From positions 124,001 through 188,000 of the forward strand of contig NIVC01000459.1 in NCBI GenBank assembly GCA_002269645.1: DNA of 64,000 bases. Reading direction: 5' to 3'. The notes below the pieces were generated by a model. It was not told the origin of the DNA. It ran no database searches and worked only from the letters and a program-made list of their open reading frames with translations. Numbering within the stretch: position 1 is the first letter of the stretch; each line of letters starts with the position of its first letter. Of this stretch, positions 15,742 through 27,834 are shown one piece after another. Both the position numbers and the translations under genes were made by a program. This DNA comes from Macrostomum lignano. Taxonomy: Eukaryota.

Positions 15742-16511
15742 ATGGAAGCCTTCAAGGAAGCCTGGCTTGCTATCGACACCCAGGCCAAGGGACAGATCTC
15801 GGCTCAAGAGCTGACAGCCTATATGAAGAGGCAAAACTATGACGACACCTTTGTCAAGGTAAATTTACGAATAACCGCATAAAGTATAAGTTCGAATTCG
15901 AATCTTACTTGGCACTTCGTCTTGTCATCCCGCAGAAATGGCTGGACCTGTTCGACAAAGACAAGTCTGGCACCATTGAGATCGAAGAGTACTGCGATGT
16001 GCTCGGACTCAATCACGCACAGCTGTAGGTTGTGAACTCTTAACATCTTACTTATTTTAATCACATAAGTTCTGAAACCATTCACACCTTCGCAGCATGT
16101 CCGAGGTCCGCGTGCGCGTATCGGGTGGCGGCCTTCCAGCCGGAGTGGTGTACATCTCCGGCGACATGGACCTCTCCTGGCAGATCAAGCTCGCTCAGCT
16201 CAGCCTGGAAGGACTTCGCTCCAGCGCCAACTTGAAGGTACGAGCGTATTTAGCAAGGTTAATGACAAGTAGCTATCATAATTATGCACCAGTAACTACG
16301 AGTAAGTGACAAAGGAAATCGACTGATATTCCATCCGCAGGACGTGCCCAAGTACATCAAGGCGCAGGCCGACAAGTTGTACGGCCAGCTTTGGCACGTT
16401 GTGATTGTAAACGGCCAGTTCTGGTGCTACTACGGCCACGAGCCAGGCTACTCGTTCGTGTTCCGCTACGAGAAGTACATCTTCGTCATCTTCAAGACAC
16501 CGATGTCTTAG
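15742..16511 (+). CDS. TAL-like protein 1 (two EF-hands + dynein light chain-like domain), 172 aa; exons 15742-15858, 15936-16024, 16096-16237, 16341-16511
   Basis: GT-AG introns give an open frame: MEAFKEAWLAIDTQAKGQISAQE...KWLDLFDKDKSGTIEIEEYCDVLG...ADKLYGQLWHVVIVNGQFWCYYGHEPGYSFVFRYEKYIFVIFKTP. It has an EF2 loop DKDKSGTIEIEE and the DLC-type motifs G-x-x-WH-V and F/W-K-T-P. Confidence 0.93.
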
Positions 16512-16939
16512 GCGTTAGTTTCTGCGCGAAGCGTCCAAGCGACTCCATTGAAACTCTACATCTAGATTGTATTGTATTGCAGCTAATACTTTCTATTGCG
16601 TATTCGGCGTATTCTATTTGGTTCAGCATTATTTTTAGAAATTCAATTGACAATTGACAGCGTCAAATTAATACGAGTATTTCCTGTATTCATTTTTTAT
16701 TATTATTCATTGCTACCCTCTAGCAAAATATACGAATAGAGTTGGACAAAGTGGGTTAACAGTACAACACTCTAACTAAGGATTGTCATCTAAATCAGTA
16801 AATCGATGTCTATATATTTTTTTTCTTCTTCTTGCCAAAGTGCTCATACTCGACTAAGATAGTCAAAACGGAGTAGTACAGTTACTCAGTCCTAAAGCCC
16901 CTCTCCATCGAGCAGCGCAAACACAGCAAAGGCTCTATT

Positions 16940-17273
16940 TTTTTCTATTAGAGGCAGGGGGCTGTGTGCACCCTGGCGCACTTTAAGCGACATAGGCTCA
17001 CAACCGGCGAGAGGTACTGCCCATTCCGCCACTCCCCTGAGCAGGCATACAAGCACGCGGATACGTACGCAGGCACACACTCACACAGGAGTATACAGCG
17101 GCCCTAACTTTATTTTATCGTTAGGCATGTACACTTCACTGCGCCTTGGGGGGTTGGCTCTCAAGGCCGTTAATTGCACGAGTAGAGCCAAGCCGAGATT
17201 CCAATTCAGCCCCAAATTAATGTGACTGCACTTGGAATCGACCGCTAGACCGCTGGGCTACGCCCCCCCCCCC
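16940..17273 (-). mobile_element. Second copy of the same SINE, with a deletion in the tRNA head
   Basis: Near-identical body to 22840-23201. 10-bp TSD aaggctctat at 16930-16939 and 17274-17283. Confidence 0.85.
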
Positions 17274-17439
17274 AAGGCTCTATACGAGTGTGAGTGAAGC
17301 AAGCTGCAGGGCAAGGTTCAACTAGTATTACCATGGACTACTTGGGTCCATCTTTCGGAAAAAAAGTTGCTCTGGTCTTAATCGCCGAGAAAAGCACATC
17401 GAGCCCTTCATGTTCCCAATCTGATGACCCTCAGATAGC

Positions 17440-17965
17440 TGTCGTTAAGCATTACAAGAACAAAAACAACAGAAGCAGCAACAACAACAACAAAAACAAA
17501 AACAACAGCAAGACTGTCAGCCAGTCAAGCGAGTCATGAGAGGCAAAGACAACGTCACAGGGCGCGTTTCAGGGCCTTGGCGCGAACGTAGGCCGCACCG
17601 TCAGCAGTGTCCGAGGCGCCGGCTTCAGCCAACAGGCAGTCGACGAGACGCCGAGTGCGCGCTTGTCCTCGCCGGTAGGGTGCCTGAAGCGTCAACAGCA
17701 GCACCTCTGCACCGGCAGCGGGCAGTAGGACTCGGCACGGATGATGCGGCCTACGATCTGCGCAACAGTTCGCTGTGAGGGGACAGGCCGGTGCGGCGAT
17801 ACGAGTAGAGTGCCGCGTTGGTGTCATGCTCGTAGCCGATCTTGAAGGTGGCGTGCAGCAGGCTAGCGTGCGCCGCATCGACCAGCTGTTCGAGCTAGTC
17901 TCTCAGGATCCAGGTCTAGGCGTTGTACAAAAGGACGGTTTCGAGCATGAGCTGATCTACTAATG
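17440..17965 (-). mobile_element. 3' fragment of an RTE-like non-LTR element
   Basis: Frameshifted peptide GRIIRAESYCPLPV/EVLLLTLQAPYRRGQARTRRLVDCLLAEAG...KRAL* followed by a TTG-rich tail. Confidence 0.5.
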
Positions 17966-18599
17966 CTGGTAAGACTGATGCTTCCCCATGATGGACCACC
18001 ACTTTGTTGGAAGTCCCAGGGAGCCCATGGCTGCAATCATGAAAGCCTAAGTTATCTAACTCAGTTATCTTTCAGTTATCTAAGTTATCTAAGTTATCTA
18101 AGAATAGAATAAGTCATTTGTTGGCATGGATGAACAATAGAGATGTTGCGTTGGTTTGTGACTGGTTCTGTCTATTCACTAACCAGTTTTAACCCTACTT
18201 GGCTCTGCGTGCGTGGGGTGTGGCCTGGTGGGGGTGGGCTTTAGCCTCGGTGACGTCGCCCTTTCATTTGCATCTCGCTCTGCTTGCTCAGCGTTTTTGG
18301 CTGCCTGCGTGAGCTCAAATTAATTTTCTACAAAGTTTTTCACCGTTTTCTTGGACCTCTGTTTGATTCGACCTGCCGAATACACTTTTAATTTGAGCTG
18401 TTGCTTTTACGTTGATTGCTACCGCGCTTCCTCTTTCGCGCCAATGCTGCTCTTGGATTTTAATTAGGTTTAAAATATTGTTATCTGCCAATATCCATCT
18501 TTAAAAGAGAATTGTTTACGCTCGAATGCCACCTCCAGCCAAACGCTTGAAACACCCTCTGAAACAGCATCTTTACTAACTTTAAAATAGTCACAGACG

Positions 18600-18810
18600 T
18601 ACAGAAGGCGCACAGCAGCTCCGCTGCAACGCATCCAACCCTCGTGGCAAAAGTTCCCGGATTCGATTCCGTAAGCAAGCCAATTCAGTTTGGGGCTGAT
18701 TAGCCTGGGGCTTGTTGTGCGATTTACTGATGATGACGGGAAGTCAGGGCTGCTGTACACCATGTGTGAGCGTGTGTATGCGTACGTAGCTCGTATTAAT
18801 GTGCACGTGC
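18600..18810 (+). mobile_element. Degenerate SINE copy (5' half)
   Basis: 'ttcgattcc...tttggggctga...agggctgctgtacacc.tgtgtgag' aligns with the SINE consensus. Confidence 0.55.
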
Positions 18811-19099
18811 GTGCTCCAAATTCCCAAGCAAGTTGGGACCGGGATCTTAAGTAGATAAGTCACAATTAGGTAAAATCCACAAAGATTGCCTAGACTAGAT
18901 CTTGAAGAATGGCAACCAGTTTGGCTTTATTGATTTTCAACTTCTAAATATTGTAGTAATATTGGATTCGGTTCTGTTAGGCTAAGTATCAGTTACCATA
19001 CGCAACACCTTAGGGCTTGTTCCTCTGTTCATAGGATATTACTATACTCCCTGCTCCGTGTGCACAACTGTGTCAACACCGTAAGCCGATAGGACTCTT

Positions 19100-19900
19100 T
19101 TAAGAGAAACCTCCGGGGTGCTCCAGGGGGATACTCTAGCACCGCCGTTCCCGTTTTGTTCTGGTGCTTGACTGCATGGGTGCTGCGGTTCATCTCACAC
19201 CTCCCAGTCCTTGACCAGAGGAGTCAGGCCGTGGGAGGCAAGGGTGGCTCTGTCATAGAGGTCTCTGTCAAAGAGGTCTCTATCAAAGAGGTCTCTGTCA
19301 AAGAGGTCTCTGTCAAAGAGGTCTCTGTCATAGAGGTCTCTGTCAAAGAGGTCTCTATCAAAGAGGTCTCTGTCAAAGAGGTCTCTGTCAAAGAGGTCTC
19401 TGTCAAAGAGGTCTCTGTCAAAGAAGTCCGATCTATGCTAACTTTGAGATGGGTAGGCAGGAATATAGCTGCCCTGGGGTTTTGACGGTCCTGAAAACAA
19501 TCAAAACTAGCAGGAATATTTGGAATCTGACCTTTCGTCGTTTTCAAACTTCGTCCCCTGCATCAGTTTGGTCGAGGCCGGAATGTCCACTCCAGGAATT
19601 CCACGGGTGATCCGCGCAGCTTCCTCCTGGCTCAGGGCGAGTTGTGCCGGAGAGCTGACCATTCCACTTTACTGATGGGCCCCAGTTCCATAGGCTCCTC
19701 CCGGGTGGTCTCCTTGGTCGAGGACGGGACCGCCACCGGGGCAGCATCCCTATTCTCTGCCCGGTTTTCCGAGGGATCTGCAGTGGTGAGCCAGGGCAGA
19801 GCGGATAGTGTTCTGGGCTGACTCAGCGCACTTCTACGCAGAGATCAAAGCACACTGCTACCAGTATTTCATTGCCCTCATGCTACTGAACTCTGCTATT
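19100..19900 (-). mobile_element. LINE fragment (ORF1 end / endonuclease start) related to the element at 24.8 kb, interrupted by a 15-bp tandem array
   Basis: Shares the 'ccacc(c)gggaggagcc(t)atggaactgg' segment with 24970-25000. The NPRAAIF peptide resembles the APE-region motif. Confidence 0.5.
19251..19425. repeat. 15-bp tandem repeat (gaggtctctgtcaaa)
   Basis: Direct tandem periodicity. Confidence 0.92.
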
Positions 19901-20916
19901 ACTCAGGAACTTCGTGCTGGAAGACGCTGGAGAGTATGAGCCAGCACTAAAGCTATGCGTAAAACTTTTTTGGCCTCTCTTTGACGCTGTACTCAGTGCG
20001 TGGAATAAAAAAACTGACGCAACTCTAGCACTGCCCGAAAAGCCCTGAACAAGGATGCCCATGACTACCAAGCCGCCCATGGTCTGCATTCGTCCGATTA
20101 TTAGTTCCAAGAAAACTTGCTTTAAAATTTCAATGAATGCCGCTTTTTATCACTCTTTTAATGCAGTTTAGAATGGAGATTGCCAGGCAGACTAAGCACT
20201 AAACTCGTGCCACTGTTGCGACAGCGTCTCTCTCCCTCTCGCTTTCATTCTTGCAGACAGTCAAGGTCTCTAAGAGCGTCAATTGTGCCCCAGTCTGGCC
20301 ACTGGCTGGGTCAGCGAGTGCTGCTGTTAGCCACCGACAGACAGACTGTCTCAAGAAAGGTAAGAGGTGGTTTAATCCAGTCTATTTTCTAAACATTTTT
20401 TCTGTGCGCCAGTTCAGGCGAACTGGATGACCCCAAATGGGGGCCGTCTCGCTTGTCACCTCTAGTCAGCACTAGAATCAGCTTGTTTGGTAGATCTATC
20501 GAATAGTTTATCAGCGATTTTGTCCAATGGATTTGATGTGAATATTGATGCCGCTAGTATAGGTGCTCCGTTTTGTCCAAGAGCTGAATTTGATTTTGCT
20601 TTATGCTTAAGATGCATCTATTTACTAGGAAACGCGTATTGGAGAAAACGCTATTGTGAGGAGACGAGAAGTGTCTAGACAAAAAATGTGAACCGCATCA
20701 CCTTAGCAGCCCACCCCAGCCATTTGAGGCTCACGAGCGAAAGTAAGCAAGAGCACTTTTGAGAGTCAACGCGTCCAAACCGGGTCCTGTCATTGGCTGG
20801 GAAAAATACATAAATACGAAGCGAAAGGCGCCGCAGATTCCCGCGGTCCATCGGCCAAGAAGCTTCCTTTACTATAAGTGGTCAACTGCGTAAAACCGAA
20901 CCCAAAAACAGCCAAC

Positions 20917-22023
20917 ATGGACGCCTTCAAGAATGCCTGGCTCGCCATTGACACCCAGGGCAAGGGTAAGATCTCGGCAGCGGAGCTGACCGCCTACATG
21001 AAGAAGAACAACTACGATGACGCTTTCGTTGCCGTGAGTTACGTACTTGCAAATTATTAAACCAGTGAGACGAAGTCAAGGCAGTTGGCACGAGAGGCGC
21101 AGGTTCGAGCCTGGCCCTATTGTACGAGTATTCGAGCGTATTTATTAACTTTTATTTACCGGACTTAAAAGCCAAATAAAAACCTTGGAGACTTAAAAGC
21201 GAGAAAAAAAATCAATACGCGCTTGGCGGGTCAGCGACAGCCCGCACCGTATTAAATAAACGCCACCCAGGCCGCGGGCACGTGGCCAAGGCCCGGCCCA
21301 CCACCCCCCGCACCAACGCACAAGAGCCACGCCCCACTGGTTTAACACCCAACCAAGCTACGCCCGGTCGGAACATTGAATAGTTGTTCACTCATAGAAC
21401 AGACGTTTTTAAAGATAATTCGCAAACTTGTACTTGACTGGCAGAAATGGCTCCGCCTGTTTGACAAAGACAACTCTGGCACTATCGAAGTTGAGGAGTA
21501 CTGCGACGTGCTCGGACTCAACTTCAGGCAGCTGTAAGTGCATCGTTTTTACATGCAAGGCCTGAGCGCGATCCGTATATCCAATACACAGTCGAATTAT
21601 CTGTCCTGTTCCAGCATGTCGGAGGTCCGCACCCGAGTCAGTGGCAGCAGCGTCACCAGCCTGCCGGCAGGTGTAGTTTACATCTCCGGCGATATGAGCA
21701 TCACGTGGCAGATCAAGATCGCCCAGCTCTGCATCGAGACACTGCGCTCGACAGGTGCAATGAAGGTTAGTCAATGTGCACTTTGAAGTCTTGGAAAAGG
21801 AGCAAACTAAGCTTTTAATTACATGCATTTGGACCATTTTAAATTAATCCAGGACGTGGCAAAGAACATCAAGGTTGCTGCTGATCGCATGTTCGGCGCC
21901 TTGTGGCATACTGTCATTGTGAACGGGCAGTTCTGGTGCTTCTACGGCCACGAGCCCGGCTCCTCGTTTGTGTTCCGCTTCGAGAAGTTCATCTTCATCG
22001 TGTGGAAGACGCCAGTTGAATAA
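20917..22023 (+). CDS. TAL-like protein 2, 175 aa; exons 20917-21033, 21445-21533, 21615-21765, 21853-22023
   Basis: Same exon layout (117/89/151/171 nt). Reads MDAFKNAWLAIDTQGKGKISAAE...DKDNSGTIEVEE...LWHTVIVNGQFWCFYGHEPGSSFVFRFEKFIFIVWKTPVE. Confidence 0.93.
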
Positions 22024-22329
22024 CTTAAAATATTCAGTGGAACTGGCCAATTTATCAAAAACATAAACTACTTGTACTATGCGTAATATCATCTGTTTTT
22101 TAATAATTAATTTTTAGCTAATTTTAAAGTTCTAGAAATATAATCTCCTCGAAATCAGGCGCATTGAAGTGAACAAGCCAAGAGTATATTTAGCAAAAAA
22201 TACAACTGACATGACAACAAAACTTAGCATACTCAACTTGTATGATCCAGTTCAAACAGTTTACGGATGAGAGTTCTTACATGTACATCCTCTTAGTCAC
22301 GGAACGTTGTTTCCAGCCGCCCATCTTCA

Positions 22330-23810
22330 ACGACAATAGACTTGACACCCAGACGACGCCCGTCTGTGGCTCGATCGGCGCCGACAATTCAGACAGACAG
22401 ACAATTCACCAGATGACGTCGAGACAGCGCCAGTTTGCTCAGACGATTCACCAGACGAGGCAGATGATCCAGACGAGACAGAAACGCTCTGCAGAACATC
22501 AGAGGCCAGTAGAGCAACTGTAGCTGATGGCCCAATGCAACGCTCTATCGCAGATGAAGAATGACCGGTAAAACGAGCAATTTCTGGCCTTGGCATCCCA
22601 GCATCCCGAAGTGTGGTGGCACAAGTCTTTCTAAGACTCTGATTCGTGTAGAGACCTGAATTTGGTTCAGGTAGACAACAACCAGATTCCGAACAACAGC
22701 TTCCAAACTGTGGAGACCAAGCGATTGATTTTGGTACCACTTGCCGGAGCGAATAGTGTCTTCCTTGCGGATGCACGATAGAAATAGCTGCGGCTTAGAG
22801 CAGTCTGGCGGACGATAGCCAACGTACTTATGCAGACACTTTTTTATTAGAGGCAGGGGAGTTGTGTGCACCCTGGCGCACTTTAGGCGACATAGGCACA
22901 CAACCGGCGAGAGGCATTACTGCCAATTCCGCCGACTCCCCTGAGCAGGCATACAAGCGCGCGGATACGTTACGCAGGCACACACTCACACAGGAGTGTA
23001 CAGCGGCCCTAACTTTATCAATTGTTAGGCATGTACACTTCACTGCGCCTTGGGGGGTTGGCTCTCAAGGCCGTTAATTGATTGCACAAGCGAGCCAAGC
23101 CGAAATTCCAATTCAGCCCCAAATTAATGTGACTGCACTTGGAATCGAGCCTGGGTCGCGGCACACCAGAGCAGCTGCGCTACCGCTGGGCTACGGCCCC
23201 CCTTATGCAGACACACTAGGCAACGAACATGACCGGGAGTGTGAAACACAGTGTTTTGCTTGAGCAGCCTATTAAATGTCTTCAAACCACAAGGCCTTGT
23301 CTTTGAAACGGAACTCTCTTTGTACACGAGAACCTCGTCCCTGCCCTCGATAGAAAGCTGCAGTTGCTTTTTTATTTCGAGTCTGTGTAACTCACTACCG
23401 CCTCGCAATCCGAAGACTTTACCGATCATGAATATTAGGGTGTTGAGTAGCACCTTCGGAGAATCATCTCCTAATGAACCTCGCTCCCATAAGATAGTCT
23501 CACTATCCGAAGCAATTGGTGCAGCTGCCCGTTCACCATTGAGTTGTCCTTCCCGGGCGGTCTCTCGCATGGCAGCATCTAGCGCACGTCGCGTTTCAGC
23601 GAACTCGTCGTCAGTCCAGATGGAAAGAGTCCGTTTAAGTCTGTAAACAAAGTGGTGTTGGATCATGGATACTACGCTCGTAGATCTTTGAGAGTGCCAG
23701 GTGGAAACTTTTCTCTGTTCTCTTTACGAACTTTGAACACAAAATACTGGACCAAATGATTCAGGTCGGATTTCGTGAAATCCTCGGTTGGCTTGAGAAC
23801 CATGAGTCCC
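22330..23810 (-). mobile_element. Degenerate Crypton-type tyrosine recombinase element (DUF3504/ZMYM-like), split by a SINE
   Basis: FVFKVRKENREKFPPGTL, LWERGSLGDDSPKVLLNTLIFMIGKVFGLRGGSELHRL, KWYQNQSLGLHSL and YTNQSLRKTCATTL...FTGH follow the R..H-x-x-R..GH order of Crypton recombinases. Confidence 0.8.
22840..23201 (-). mobile_element. tRNA-derived SINE, full-length copy (~362 bp)
   Basis: 5' end GGGGGGCCGTAGCCCAGCGG (A box) and GGCTCGATTCC (B box), with an A-rich tail. 13-bp TSD cttatgcagacac at 22827-22839 and 23202-23214. Confidence 0.88.
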
Positions 23811-24779
23811 TAACGGCGCCTTTAAAGCATGGGTATTAATGTACTATTAAACAGCGTTTATTATTTACATAATTCGAGCCATTATTGATAGAAATTGCAT
23901 ATCTACGCTTACACTTAATTTGCCTACGTAGGCCAAATTTTACGTGAGTAAGCAACGAGAATGAAGTAATTAACGAATTAATTAATTTTTGTAAAATGCT
24001 GAGAGTGAATCCCAAGAGCTGCTGTTGTTGCAATAAAAAGCAGTTTTCTAGATTCTAGACCCGTAAGCCCACGTTTTTGCAGCAACACGTTGCCTGCGGC
24101 CACTCCTCTCCCAGAGAGACTTCTGCCTCTCTTAGTTTAGAGTTTAGAGTGTTTATGACAACGGCAGGCCAGGGCAACGTATAATAGGGACAGAAGATAC
24201 AGACAGAGAAGGACTAGAGAGTGCCGAGATGAATAGAAATTCGTTGAATTGAGTTCAATGCTTTGCGCCTTGGAATCTCGTGCGTTGTGCACTGTCAGAA
24301 GCGGGCAGTCCCAGGTCTGAGAGCAGTCTAGCCCTAGATACACTTGCAAGACCCCTAATTGATTTACTTCTTTGCTGTTGCCGGCAGAATGCTTTTGTTG
24401 AATGCGAAATTACTCGAAAATAAGAGCAAAAAGTATGCGCAGCGAGAGAACCTACAAAGATATTGTATTGTATAGCACAGCAGCCCTGCATACAACAAGT
24501 GAATGCAAGAAAGTTTTTTCTGTCTTTGCCATTGCAAAAAAAGCAATTGCCGCTGCGCCCAGTTCAATGAGGAGCTACACAGTCAACAAGCTGCCATTAC
24601 TAACTGCTACCTGCCATTACAGTAGCTGAATATCAAACTACTTCTAGTGGTAGCGTATGTTTTCGTATGGCTCCGGTTATGTTCCTTTATTATGTACAGA
24701 ATTATCAAGAAATACGAGTAGATCCCTTGTGGTCTCTTGTACATGCATATTGATTATTCTATACATTTACCAGTGATAT

Positions 24780-26532
24780 TAGGGAAGGCCACTCAAGACA
24801 GCGCCAGAAAAGATACAGAAGCCCAAGGCTGCAGCGACAGGCGGACGTGGGAAGGGATGGAAACCCGCCCAGAACACTATGACGCCAAAGACCGAAACTG
24901 CAGCAACCCCCAGTCCAGTATCACCATTGCGACCGGGCCGAGCACGCGGGTGCTTCGCCCTCGATCAGGTAAACCACCAGGGAGGAGCCCATGGAACTGG
25001 AGCCATGGAAGAAGGTCGGCTATGCGGACGATGTTACCGCCACTGTGGCTGGACTATCCCCCGCAGTCTTCAGAGACCTCCAAGCTTTTCATCCACCGTA
25101 CTGAGAGCTGGGCGCACAGCTGCTGTCTCACATTCTCTGAGTCTAAAACCGTCTCTATCATGTTCACCAACCTCCGAAACAGGAGGATCGAACCGCTCTC
25201 CCTCTATGCCATGGGGAAACAAACCAGATGTCTGGGCGTCACCCTCGACCATAGTTCCAGCTGGAACCCACACGTCCAAACCAAAGCCCGCAAAGCTCCC
25301 ACGACTCTCGCGCAGATCCGCAGAGCTTTCGGCGCTACCTGAAGCCTCACCCCCGCCGCCTCTGGTGAGTTTACACTGCCATCGTGAGACCGGCAATCTC
25401 CTTCGCCGGCTACATTTGGAACAGTGCCCTAGAGGTGAAAGGGGTTCTTGAAGCTCTCAACAGGGTGCAAGGCCGCGCTTGTCGAGCTATCATGAGCGCG
25501 GCTCTTTCTACGCCCTTTGCTGGGATGAACTCCTTCCTGAACCTTCCACCACTTGATCCCTTTGTCAGAGGGGAGGCAATGAAGACCACCCGCCGTTTTG
25601 CTTGACGCGGGTGTCCTCATCAGAAAGCGGAACCTCCGTCTGCGCGACAATCTCAGCCTGCGAGACCTGGAAGCAGCGGGAGGCCAGCTGACCCTCTCGG
25701 TCGGTGAATCCCGTCCACGCTCTGCCCTTCGCTCAAATTCAAAACCAGCATTTCATCACTCCACAAAGCAAGGGACAACTGGAAACTCCGTGAAATCCAC
25801 TGCTTCATTGACGGGTCCCAAATAAACTCCGCCTCTGGCTACGGCTACTGCATCGTGTCTGGAGGGAGAACCGTGGCGAACTTTTCCCAGCACATCGGCA
25901 CCTGCTCCACCGTTTTCCAGCGCGTCTGGGGGAAGGGGATTACCCTCCACTCAGACAGTCAAGCGGCCTTTGAGCGCACCACCACCTGCTCGCGTACAAT
26001 CCTCGAATGCATCGGGCCACCCCAGCAAAGAGTTGGCCGATTGCCTGGCCAAGGCTGGCTTGACCGGGTCTTTTACTGGTCCCCTGCCCGTGTTCCTCAC
26101 CCCACCGCCGTTGTCACCACTCGGATCAACCAGTGGGTGGCTTCAAAAGCACAGGGAGAGGTAGACTAACGTCCCCGACTGCCGGCAATCCTGCGTAGCT
26201 GTTCCCTGTCCTTCCCCCGCCCTCCTCTGGGCCCTGCTTGGACTCAACCGCAGGGATAAGAGGGCGGTAACCATGACCCTTTCAGGCCATGGCTGTTTTG
26301 CTAGACATCCTTAACTCCATAGCGAGGAAAGCCCATTCCGCCTCGCCGGTGTTAAGAATGCGGAGCATTTCATCTGTGAATGCCCCGCCTTTACTCAGGA
26401 CAGGCTCACTTACCTCGGCCCAAACCCGGACCTCTTCGACATTTTCAGGCCCGAGAACCTCTGCTTAAGGGCTACCGGGCGAGCGACTATTCACCTCCTG
26501 AACTCTCCTCAGGGGCATCCGTCTAAATAAAA
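24780..26532 (+). mobile_element. Degenerate RNase-H LINE of the same group, internally deleted
   Basis: YADD at 25021-25032, LGVTLD, RVQGRACRAI, RNase H FIDGS and ELADCLAKAG. Multiple stops and frameshifts. Confidence 0.85.
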
Positions 26533-26566
26533 TTTTATTTTAGAACAACAAGAACTTGCATTTTAG

Positions 26567-26737
26567 GATGCACCCAAGAACATAAAGACTCAAGCTGACC
26601 AGCTTTATGGCGTTCCGTGGCACATTGTCATTTTGCAAGGCCAGCACAGGAGCTACTTTGGTCAAGAGCCGAAGTTCTCGATGTTGTATCGCTTCAAGAA
26701 GCACCTGTTCATCGCCTGGAAGACGCCTATGGTGTGA
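26567..26737 (+). CDS. Orphan TAL-like terminal exon (DLC C-terminal half); alternative last exon of TAL-2 or remnant of a disrupted paralogue
   Basis: A ttgcattttag acceptor is followed by a 171-nt open exon DAPKNIKTQADQLYGVPWHIVILQGQHRSYFGQEPKFSMLYRFKKHLFIAWKTPMV*, with the same length and phase as exon 4 of the other copies. No exons 1-3 were found upstream. Confidence 0.7.
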   Translation, partial: DAPKNIKTQADQLYGVPWHIVILQGQHRSYFGQEPKFSMLYRFKKHLFIAWKTPMV

Positions 26738-27834
26738 ATGTCACCAAAAGTGACTATTAAACTACAATATATTAAATCGTTGTTAGTTAGTCTAAAGCTG
26801 ACTATTCTACATGTATATCTACGAGCGTATAAAAGACTATTTAATCCTATCTGTCTATACATGTAGTACAAAAGCATAGCCATTTTATAATAGCGTGCTT
26901 CGGTCCTGAGCAGGATCAGATAGTAGACCGTTGTTTTAAAATAAACACTAATCCTTTAGAAAATACGCCAGACATGCCCTAAGTTAGTTTTAAAAATTCT
27001 TTTTAGCTCGTCGTTTCGTTTGACTTTGAAAAAAAATACTGTACTATCCAGTTGCGCAATACCTGATGAGTCATCCTAATCAATGTCAGATGTTGTTACT
27101 AGTAGGATGCCTAATTCTATCGCAAGCGTCGTGATATGCACCTGTGCTTACGTGGTGAAGTTAGATAGGGTGTAATTAAAGCAGCATTTAGCGCCGTCTT
27201 TGGTCCGCTGTTCGTGGGCCACTGCTCCTGACTTGCTTGACTTAGCTGCGGGGGGCTCCGGGCATCCGGATACAGCGAGGAGGCGTCGCTGCCCATTTAG
27301 CTAACCCCTGGCGACCACGGGCAGCTAGTGCTGTCCATCCAGAGGAGGTCCCCGTCTGAGGATGCGACCAAGCCGAAGATCATGTATACACAAGATGGGC
27401 CACTCTTAAACCTCTTGTGGTCATAGAAGCTAATGTAAAAAATGTGCAATTCGTGACAGCGCGAAAATCAACTACTAAACTCAATTTCGTCAGTAGTCTC
27501 TGCAGTGAATGCATCATTCTTAGTTTGATTGAGTCGCTTTTTATTTAATTCATGAGAACTTCTATCAAATTCTCAAAAAGGCGTCAATGTCCCTAAGCTA
27601 CTGAACTCAAAATTTAAGCAACCCATGCGGCTTTTTTCGCACAAGTGACGAAAAACAGCGGTCGCACTTTCCCTACAGCCGCAATACAAAGTGGCCTATC
27701 TAGGGAATATAAGATCTATAGTCCAAGCCATTCCGGCAGTGCCAACTTTATAAGAAATTGCTTTCTGCAGGCTTAATGTTCACCCCAAGTTCCTGAGGAA
27801 GCTGTGATTAAAGGATTAATTGGAATAATAATAA

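Noticed and set aside
20257-20359. Exon-like segment with good acceptor and donor upstream of TAL-2
   Set aside because: It has no recognisable product or partner exon. It could be a UTR exon but cannot be supported without RNA data.
24229-24640. Candidate missing TAL exons 1-3 upstream of the orphan exon
   Set aside because: An acceptor-like site exists at ~24387, but no frame gives EF-hand or WQIK-like motifs and exon lengths do not fit.
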